Source of the DNA: Eledone cirrhosa
Taxonomy: Eukaryota
Length of the DNA: 64,000 nucleotides
Direction: 5' to 3'
Assembly: GCA_964016885.1 (NCBI GenBank)
Contig: OZ024743.1
Span: 208,134,001 to 208,198,000, forward strand
The notes below the pieces were generated by a model, which saw nothing but the letters and a program-made list of their open reading frames with translations, was not told where the DNA came from and ran no database searches. Made by a program: the position numbers and the translations under genes. Below, piece by piece: positions 1 to 8,124 of this stretch (position 1 is the stretch's first letter; each line of letters starts with the position of its first letter).

Positions 1-117
1 TCACACATATACACAATGAAATTTCTTTCATAAAAATGTTATATTTTCCTAGCTTTACTCTGCTTTTGTATAGCTAAACAGAGGAAGTAAGTAAACAAGA
101 AGAGACTAACATTAAAC

Positions 118-135
118 AATAATAATAATAATAAC

Positions 136-169
<34 letters not shown>

Positions 170-181
170 GTATAATGATGA
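118..181. repeat. (AAT)n microsatellite
   Basis: Near-perfect AAT run visible directly. Confidence 0.9.
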
Positions 182-720
182 TAAAATAGTAAAAATCAAA
201 TGTATGTTTGTCAGTGTTGTAGATATATTAGCAGCTGCATGTAAAGCAGCTGCTATCAGCAGATGTTGATCTGTGAGATTGGTTCAGCTATTGTTAATCA
301 CTGATAGCCCATGCAATTCTTATTGTGTTTTCTTCAACACAAGAAACTGATGACAACCATCTGAAGTCTCCTGAAAACAACAAATAATTCAAGACCAGTT
401 CAACACTTCTCAACTAAGAATCACACTTTTCGTTGGTTTCTTTGGGGTTTTTTAATATCTTTTTCTCTCCATTTCATCACAATTAAATTCTGCTGTACTT
501 ATTATGTATATGAAGAAAAAATAAAAATAAATAAAAACTAAAGGAATTTCGCCTCTGGAATTGGAATAATGGGTATAAAAAAATATTAAACTGAAACCTT
601 TAGGGCGTTTTTTTTTGTTTTTGCCTAAATTAATGTTTCCTTTATTTTCTAAAATTCATTGGCTTCATAAAACTATGAAAAATGTTGGTATAGACTATAC
701 ACACACACATATATATATAA

Positions 721-1187
721 GGATGACAGCTGCATAAAAAGGTGCAGACCACTAGAAGTCGATGGAAGCTGCGGAGTGGGGAGACCCAAGAAGACCTGAG
801 ATGAGGTGGTAAAAGCTGACCTTACTCAATTACACCTCTCAAAGGCGATGACACACGACCGTGACCTCTGGTGTTACGCAGTAATACAGAAGACCTGACC
901 CCCCCCCCCATGGGTACAAGCCAAAGCTGAAGCATATAGACAATATGTCCCCACCCTCCCACTGCAAAGTCGTCGTGGAGGAGCCCACGGCAAAAAAGCA
1001 CCCAGCACTCACTCTAAACGAGGTTGGTGTTAGGAAGGGCATCCAGCTGTAGAAATCAAGCCAGAATCAGTTCCCGTATGAGCAAGACATGGTCAGCTGA
1101 CCAGCTACTGCCCACAACAAGACAATCCGTCTAACCCCTGCTAGCGTGGAAGAACGGACGCAAAACGGTGATGATGATGATGATGAT
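721..1187 (+). mobile_element. 5'-truncated RTE-clade LINE 3' end (long-3'UTR family)
   Basis: Translates DDSCIKRCRPLEVDGSCGVGRPKKT*DEVVKADLTQLHLSKAMTHDRDLWCYAVIQKT, matching the C-terminus of ORF 12735..13049. Followed by a 3'UTR and a (GAT)n tail. Confidence 0.85.
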
Positions 1188-1244
1188 ATATATATACACA
1201 CACACACATATATATATAACATATATATATGTCACATTGAATGT

Positions 1245-1530
1245 TGAGTGTTTCAATTGTTAATTGTCTGATTAACAAAACAGCTTCCTCATGAAATTAA
1301 CATGTAAGGAGTTTGAGTATTCCACAGGGAGATTCTGCATGACACAATGTATGACATTACTGATCCATTGAATTACAAGTCCAGTCCATTTTAACGGGCT
1401 TCCAAACAGTTTCTGTCTACCCAGTTTAACTCCCAAGGCATGGGTCAACCTGCAGCTATGGTAAACATACCCAAGTGACATTTGAACCTGAAACCTAATG
1501 ACTGTCAAGCAAACTTCTTAACCATTAAAC
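1245..1530 (-). mobile_element. degenerate tRNA-derived SINE (same family as 15295-15640)
   Basis: Shares GAGTATTCCACA, GGCTTCCAAACAGTTYCTGTCTACCCA and GCATGGGTCAACCTG blocks with 15295-15640. Confidence 0.65.
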
Positions 1531-1580
1531 TATGATGTGTCTGTCTACTTTAAAAGGCTTCTGCTATTTTATATAACAAA

Positions 1581-1885
1581 TTGGCAGAGTTGTTAGAACA
1601 TAGGATAGAATGCTTTGTGGTATTGGTTTCAGCTTTCTGCTCTCTGAGTTCAAAACCCACTGAGGTCAACTTTGTCTTTCATTTATTTGAGGTTGATAAA
1701 AAAAAGTACCAGTCTAGTACTGGGGTTGATTCTTCCTCTGTGTCGCTTTCTCTCGTCTTTTCTCTCACTTTCTATCCTTCTCTGAAAGAAATCTGTTGTA
1801 TTCAGATCTGGAGAGAAGATGAACTCCACCAGGTTTTAAAATGCCCTACAACTCCCCCAGGAGTTACGGAACCAGTCATGCATAC
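1581..1885 (+). mobile_element. SINE-headed interspersed repeat (inverted copy at 18113-18340)
   Basis: TGGCAGAGTTGTTAG...GAGTTCAAA (A/B-box-like), then GGTCAACTTTG.CTTTCAT...GATAAAA..AAGTACCAGT core. The downstream CT-rich part and AGAAATCTG...CCAGGTTTTAAAA also recur, reverse-complemented, at 18113-18340. Confidence 0.7.
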
Positions 1886-2129
1886 ATAGCTAATGATTGT
1901 TCACTGATAGTAGTAACAACATAAGAAATTGAGAGAAGAAATCTTTTGTAAACAGAAAACTGCAATATCTGGAGATAAGTTTGTGCCTTTCTATAAAGGA
2001 ATTGATCGACAAGATCTTAGACCACTTTCACTTACTAATTGGGGTGGAAGCTCGGCAAATTGGACCAAGGAAACAATGTTTCCATTGATCTTTCTATTGC
2101 TGATACTATCTGTCAGTTGCAACTTCTGG

Positions 2130-2230
2130 TATAAAGAGCAACATGAAATTAAATGTCTCACTCAAGGACATAACACATTGCCCAGTCTGGGAATTGAACT
2201 CACAACCTCAGAATTGGAAGGAGTGTTTGA
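2130..2230 (-). mobile_element. SINE fragment (family of 5258-5605)
   Basis: Reverse complement resembles the 5' part of 5258-5400 (GTTGTGAGTTCAATTC...TGTGTT..GTCCTTGAG..AGACA.TT.ATTTCA). Confidence 0.65.
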
Positions 2231-2285
2231 ATACTCTGTCTCCACGACCCTCTACACACAACTCTCCCAGTAAGAAGATGATGAT

Positions 2286-2470
2286 GGTGGATTGGCAGTA
2301 TCGGTAGAGGATCGGACGCCATGCTTTCCAGCATAGTTACGTCCCTTTACGATCTGAGTTCAAATCCCGCCGAGGTTGACTTTGCCTTTCATCCTTACGG
2401 GGTCGATAAAATAAAGTACCAGTAATGCACTGGGTAATTGCTGGCCTTGTGCAAAAGTAGAAACAATTAT
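2286..2470 (+). mobile_element. tRNA-derived SINE
   Basis: GGATTGGCAGTATCGGTAGAG...GAGTTCAAATCCCGCCGAGGTTGACTTTGCCTTTCATCCTTACGGGGTCGATAAAATAAAGTACCAGT. Similar copies at 5845-6030(-), 19933-20072 and 20840-21028. Confidence 0.85.
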
Positions 2471-2634
2471 TTATATTCTCAACAATTCTATATTTCATCC
2501 TACTTCTGTTTTCAATGGAAATAAAATATATATATTTTGGGGGGGTTCTTTTTTTGGAGGGAGGAGGGGCTCTTTAAAAGTTAGTTGATTATTTCAAGAG
2601 AAAAATGCTATAAAAATCTGCCAAGTTTTCTTAC

Positions 2635-2776
2635 CCATTTTCCAAAGCAGCGTACTGAAATCCTCTAAAGTAACAAGCTTTTACACAAATATCAATACTG
2701 ACATAGCGACTTTTTAATATTTTCTTCATCTGTTGCAGAGTAGCAACTTTCCCCTTAAAACAGCCAACAAACGTTC
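2635..2776 (-). CDS. coding exon: N-terminal half of a WSC domain (host gene)
   Basis: Acceptor ...TTTTCTAG| and donor |GTAAGA. 142 bp, phase 1 to 2, open: (G)TFVGCFKGKVATLQQMKKILKSRYVSIDICVKACYFRGFQYAALENG, matching the WSC pattern [YF]xGC[FY]...CxxxC...G[FY]xYAxLxxG. Confidence 0.85.
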
Positions 2777-2886
2777 CTAGAAAACATGGACAACAGTTTC
2801 TCTTATTATTTCAAATCTCATTGATCAACAGCATATTATTATTATTGGTAGTATCGATAGAGCATCAGACGCCATGCTTCACGGCA

Positions 2887-2949
2887 TACCTGGTCCTATC
2901 TCACCCTAAAGCTATACGATACCTGCTCCCATCTCATCCTAAAGCTATA
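2887..2949. repeat. ~32-bp local tandem duplication
   Basis: ATACCTGGTCCTATCTCACCCTAAAGCTATA followed by ATACCTGCTCCCATCTCATCCTAAAGCTATA. Confidence 0.7.
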
Positions 2950-3182
2950 TATAATTTTTTTTTCTAATCAGAATGCCCTTAAAATAATACTTTAATCATA
3001 CCCTGATCTTTAAATATGCTTTCTAATACATTTTCTAAGATATTTTATGAAATGTCAGGAGGCTCAAGAGAAAAATTCTATTGGCTGTCAAATTACATTT
3101 CAAAATTAATGAGAACTAAACATTGCTTGAGAAACTGTTAGCTATTTGCTGTGATTCTACATGTTTTTATCATATTGTTCCC

Positions 3183-3520
3183 TTAACTCTTAATGTCCTG
3201 TACCACATGAAACCACATTAGCAAGGCATTCTTCAAAAATACAAAACAGCCCTATAATTACATCCTATTCAAAATTAAAGTGTTTACTAGTGGACAGATT
3301 ATTATAAAACATTGCAGTATAAGAGTAAAGATACTACATACATTTGAATTAACAAACCCTGTTTTTATACATTTTCTGCTGAATCATTACAGGATGTTAA
3401 GAGCAATATACAAATTTTCACAACAATCTGTCCAGTAGTAAATATACTACAAACATTTGAATTAAAAAACCCTACTTTTAGATATTTTCTTCTAAATCAT
3501 TACAGGATGTGTAGAGTTAA
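3183..3520. mobile_element. TTAA-flanked MITE (piggyBac-like), internally duplicated
   Basis: Begins TTAA-CTCTTAATGTCCTGTA and ends TACAGGATGTGTAGAG-TTAA (imperfect TIR). A shorter copy lies in opposite orientation at 21369-21577. Confidence 0.7.
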
Positions 3521-3991
3521 AACATACAACAAATCAAAAATAAATATTTCTGAAATGAATGCTTTCAAAGCAAAAGTATTCCCATAAAACTATACAATAC
3601 ATCATTTTTTTTATGTTTCCACTATTTTGTTTTTAATTGCTCTTCTTTGTTCCAAGTAGATATGATACAAAAAAAACAACTCTTTAAATCAACTGTTTTT
3701 ATTTGAAGTGCCAGCACTGAGAAAAGCTTTTTTCTCATTTTAGCTGATAATATTTTTGTTGTTATATTTTGTTGAAGCTGCATCTGGTAGCTAACAACAA
3801 TACATATGATGACTCAAATCATTGAATAGTTGATATCTTGTTATTTTAGTGTCTCTGTTAAACATAGAGCTGTTCAAACACTCTTGCTACTATGAAGATG
3901 TTTTCACTGCAACAAAACTACAGATTATACAGTTTTGTAGAGTTTCTCCCTACTTCTATATTTCACCTGAAATAACATGGACTGAGCAAAT

Positions 3992-4865
3992 ATAAATATC
4001 ACCCCATGCAATATTGTTGTCATATAGATATAGTATAAATATCACCCCATACAATATTGTTGTCATATAGGTATAGTATAAATATCACCTAGTACAATAT
4101 TGTTGTCATATAGATATAGTATAAATATCACCTAGTACAATATTGTTGTCATATAGATATAGTATAAATATCACCTAGTACAATATTGTTGTCATATAGA
4201 TATAGTATAAATATCACCCCATACAATATTGTTGTCATATAGATATAGTATAAATATCAGCTTGTACAATATTGTTGTCATATAGATATAGTATAAATAT
4301 CACCCCATACAATATTGTTGTCATATAGGTATAGTATAAATATCAGCTTGTACAATATTGTTGTCATATAGATATAGTATAAATATCACCCCATACAATA
4401 TTGTTGTCATATAGATATAGTATAAATATCACCTAGTACAATAATGTTGTCATATAGATATAGTATAAATATCACCTAGTACAATAATGTTGTCATATAG
4501 ATATAGTATAAATATCACCTAGTACAATATTGTTGTCATATAGATATAGTATAAATATCAGCTTGTACAATATTGTTGTCATATAGATATAGTATAAATA
4601 TCACCCCATACAATATTGTTGTCATATAGATATAGTATAAATATCACCCCATACAATATTGTTGTCATATAGATATAGTATAAATATCACCCCATACAAT
4701 ATTGTTGTCATATAGATATAGTATAAATATCACCCCATACAATATTGTTGTCATATAGATATAGTATAAATATCACCCCATACAATATTGTTGTCATATA
4801 GATATAGTAGGAATATAAAACAATATATCACTTAGTACAATATTGTTGTCATTTAGATATAGTAG
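3992..4865. repeat. 43-bp minisatellite, ~20 copies
   Basis: Unit ATAAATATCA[CCCCA/CCTAG/GCTTG]TACAATATTGTTGTCATATAGATATAGT. Exact 43-bp period from 3992 to 4808, then one degenerate unit. Confidence 0.95.
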
Positions 4866-5060
4866 ATATATAAAACAATATAAATACAAACAAAATTAGA
4901 ATTTGGTTTTTTGCTCTAAATGTATTCTTACAATATAACATGTTTATATAGTATTACAATGGAAAGAGATTTTTTTATAATAAATCCCTATTTATTTTTC
5001 AACACCATATTTAAATATTCTGCTAAATGGAATTAGTCATAAAAACAGAGAAATTCTTAC

Positions 5061-5096
5061 CATTTGGAGAAATAAACTGCTCCAGGGTTTCAATAT
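5061..5096 (-). CDS. 36-bp linker exon between two WSC domains (host gene)
   Basis: Long polypyrimidine tract plus ...AAATAG| acceptor and |GTAAGA donor. Phase 1 to 1, reads (Y)IETLEQFISPN(G) and joins the flanking exons in frame. Confidence 0.75.
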
Positions 5097-5146
5097 CTAT
5101 TTTCAATTAAAAATCAGAAAAAAAAAGAAAAAAAAATATATATATA

Positions 5147-5235
5147 TCATCATCATCATCGTTTAACATCTATCTTCCACGCTAGCATGGGTTTAGACAG
5201 GAATTATCCCACTTGAGGCAAGTTTGGTCGTCTCG
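5147..5235 (-). mobile_element. short RTE 3'-tail fragment
   Basis: (CAT)n + GTTTAACATC...GCATGGGTTT.GAC...CCCACTTGAGGCAAG, similar to 12355-12427. Confidence 0.65.
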
Positions 5236-5257
5236 CTCGTATATATATATATATATA

Positions 5258-5605
5258 ATGGAGGCACATGGCTTAGTGGTTAGAGCATTGGCCTTGCAAT
5301 CGAAAGGTTGTGAGTTCAATTCTCACACCGGGTGATGTGTTGTTTCCCTGAGCAAGACACTTTATTTCACATTGCTCCAGTTTACTCAGCTGTAGAAATG
5401 AGATGATAGGGACTGGGGTCCCTATCAATCCACTGTAAAGTGAACGTGTAGGTGCCACGGAAAAAAGCATCCAGCACTCACTGTAAATGAGGTTGCTGTT
5501 AGGAAGAGCATCCAGCTGTAGAAATCATGCCAGAATCAGTTCCCGTCCCACCCTTGCAAGCAGGGAAAATCGGACGTAAAATGAAATGATGATGATGATG
5601 ATGAT
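5258..5605 (+). mobile_element. tRNA-derived SINE with RTE-derived 3' tail
   Basis: Head GGAGGCACATGGCTTAGTGGTTAGAGCA...GAGTTCAATTCTC (A and B boxes). 5461-5546 matches the RTE 3'UTR at 993-1077, and 5542-5605 matches the RTE terminus at 11630-11693. Ends in (GAT)n. Confidence 0.85.
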
Positions 5606-5844
5606 ATATATATAGAAGAAGAATTTTTAGCAAGAACAGATTTATCAATCAGTTGGGGAAGTGAGTTGTGGTTTTTGCTCTGTGCACTGGGGCTTATATG
5701 TTCATACTTTCTAGCCAGAGGGTTGGGTTGGGTAGGCACTTACAGACACAGATATATCCCATTCTGGACAAGATCAATCAGTGAGACATCCTGTGAAGTA
5801 GGTGAGCTACCTTTTTCTCCTTACATGAACCACAGCTAAATTAA

Positions 5845-6030
5845 TTGTTTCTACTTTTAGCACAAGGCCAGCAATTACCCCAGTGTATTATTGGTGCTTT
5901 ATTTTATCGACCCTGTAAGGATGAAAAGCAAAGTTAACCTCGGCGGGATTTGAACTGAGATCATAAAGGGCCGTAACTCTATGCTGCAAAGCATGGAATC
6001 TGGCCCTCTACCAATACTGCCAATCCACGG
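5845..6030 (-). mobile_element. tRNA-derived SINE (family of 2286-2470)
   Basis: Reverse complement aligns by eye along the length of 2286-2470. Confidence 0.85.
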
Positions 6031-6988
6031 CCTGTTAAATTAATAATCTCTATTCTGTTTCAGACATAAAACATCCAATAGTAGATGAAATCTTAGAAAA
6101 CTTCCAGAAGGAAATAAAGATAAACCAAAAATGTTCAGTAAGTAAAATAGAAGTAAAGAAAATAAAGAAATCACAAATGATTATTGTCATTGTTTTTACA
6201 TCTGATTTGTAGATGTGTTGTAGATAAATTGAGAACTATAAGGATGGATTGGATTGGACATGATTTGATGTGAGTGGAAGCTCAGCTGAAGTGAAGAAGT
6301 TTCCAGACTGCATGGGTTGGATAAATTGTCACGGTTCGTAACCAGATGGATTGGAGCAATCTCATCTCACCCATAGATACAGATGGATGCCCTTGATAAC
6401 ACCAATCACTTTACCGGGGGTACAGGATGCTTATTTTCATGATGCCAGTAATACCACTTTATAAAGTGGACTGGGTGTGTTTCATCATGGCACCAGCACT
6501 AGACAGGTTGTCACATATTTGCCCCAACAAAAGAGTTCACTCAGAACATATTGGAAACAATTTATTTGATAAATGGTTGTTTTGGAAACCTCTACAATGC
6601 AGATGGATAAATCTTCAGGTAACAAAATCAGGTGACAGTAGGAAGAAAATGGGCAAGGAGGAAAAGAACTGTAGAAAGAAACATAAAATGAAATGAAAAC
6701 CAGAGATGAAGTTACCTTGGAATAGATTTATTTATCCCTATATTTCGGATTTCACATCCATCATCGGGGGCTCAGAAGGAAAATTGGAAATTTGTTGGAA
6801 AAGAATCTACGTGACTGTTTGTTGTTAGTGTCATTGTCAGACTGATTGAAATACGCCAAAGAATATTCCCTATCAGGCGCATGCACATGAAATTGGTGAT
6901 ATTGTCTTTTCTTATTAAAATATTGATTTTAGTAATTTTTTAAAATACATTAAAAAGTGATGTATTGAGTGTATGATAGTTAAGCTGT

Positions 6989-7219
6989 TATATTCACTTA
7001 TCTCTGCATATTATGTTTTTTTGTTTCTCAACTGCAAGAAGTACTAGATACTTCCCCTAGACTATCATGGCTTACTAGCTCTATAGAGACGTTTAAATTG
7101 ATGTTTTATATTCACTTATCTCTGTATATCTTGTTTTTTGTTTCTCAACTGTCAGAAGTACTAGATATTTCCCCTAGTCTGTCATGGCTTACTAGCTTTA
7201 TACAGACGTTTAAATTGAT
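6989..7219. repeat. ~117-bp tandem duplication (2 diverged copies)
   Basis: TATTCACTTATCTCTG...GAAGTACTAGATA.TTCCCCTAG...GACGTTTAAATTGAT occurs twice head-to-tail. Confidence 0.85.
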
Positions 7220-7255
7220 TAAATAAATAGAAAAAAAGATATCCATGCTACTTAC

Positions 7256-7395
7256 AATAAACTTGTAAAAAGGTGAAGGAATGTGTATGTTGAGCCCCAC
7301 AGTACTGCATTACATTTCCAGGACATTTCTCATCACAACTAGAACTTGATCTTTTATTATATTTAGGTTTCTGAGTAGTAGCAAAACATGATGTC
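7256..7395 (-). CDS. coding exon: C-terminal half of a WSC domain (host gene)
   Basis: Acceptor ...TTCTTTTAATTAG| and donor |GTAAGT. 140 bp, phase 2 to 1, open: TSCFATTQKPKYNKRSSSSCDEKCPGNVMQYCGAQHTHSFTFLQVY, matching WSC CxxxCxGNxxQxCG...VY. Confidence 0.85.
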
Positions 7396-7508
7396 CTAAT
7401 TAAAAGAATAAAATGAGTTTCTTTACTTAAAAAAAAACAGTTTTAAATCATCATCATTATTCAACATCTATTTTCCCTGCTAGCAAAGATCGGACAGGTT
7501 GTTACAGA

Positions 7509-7740
7509 CAGGGTTGGATTTAGACCTTGGAGGGCCCAGGGCATTTCAGGTTTGGGATGGCCCTCATATACAAAAAATTAGAATACACAGCAACCCCCAC
7601 CTCCAAAAAAGTTTTACATATCAAAGTTAGTTTGGCACAAATAAATTGCTATGTCGTTGCTGGAAAGCCCCCCCCCCTCCTTCTCACTGCAGGGGGCCTG
7701 GAGCAATTGCCCCCTTTGCCTCCCATTATTTTCGACCCTG
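7509..7740. mobile_element. 232-bp hAT-type MITE with perfect 8-bp TSD
   Basis: Termini CAGGGTTGGA... and ...TTCGACCCTG (inverted), flanked by GTTACAGA at 7501-7508 and 7741-7748. CAGGG ends plus an 8-bp TSD are hAT hallmarks. Confidence 0.85.
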
Positions 7741-8124
7741 GTTACAGACCAAGTCAGTAGTTAATCAATGCTACTGAACTCTCAAACAGTCCAGTTGCAT
7801 ATCCGTTCAGTGTATTGAGTGCATTTTGTTGACACAAGTCCCAGAGAAGATGTCATTTTTTTTTACACAATTGAAGAGTTCTCTTGTCTCTTGGTTTGGC
7901 AAATTTTCTAAAGATTGATGCCCTTCCTATCACCAACCAATTTACAGAGCATACTGGCTGCAGTTTACCATGTCAGTATCATTAGAAAGGTTGTCATATT
8001 CTTGATAGAACTGAAGAGCCTCTCATTGTTTAAGCATGGTTTTTATAGCAGGATGCCCTTCCTATTACCAACCATGCTACAGCGTATTGTTGTGGCACCA
8101 GCACTAGAGAGGTTGTTATCATAT
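7608..8124. repeat. 517-bp segment duplicated at 10611-12077
   Basis: Near-identical to 10611-10752 + 11694-12077. ORFs 7915 and 11868 start with identical peptides for this reason. Confidence 0.95.

Noticed and set aside
2036-2125. Candidate next minus-strand exon (CCAG acceptor, GTAAGT donor, open in phase 0)
   Set aside because: The preceding exon ends in phase 2, which gives a stop after three codons. It has no WSC cysteine pattern and its acceptor lies in a SINE remnant.
3992-4865. CRISPR-like appearance (constant repeat with variable insert)
   Set aside because: The variable part is only 5 bp with three recurring states; there are no unique spacers or cas genes, and the context is eukaryotic.
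3992-4865. 43-bp unit as a dimer of the 22-bp satellite
   Set aside because: Only short AT-rich words (ACAAT, CTATAT) are shared; no convincing alignment by eye.
5258-5335. tRNA gene
   Set aside because: A/B boxes are present but run straight into a SINE body and LINE tail with no clean cloverleaf. The same applies to the other SINE heads.
6716-6900. Possible Penelope-like terminus or exon
   Set aside because: The resemblance rests on one short motif, with no RT or GIY-YIG remnant and no convincing acceptor or frame.
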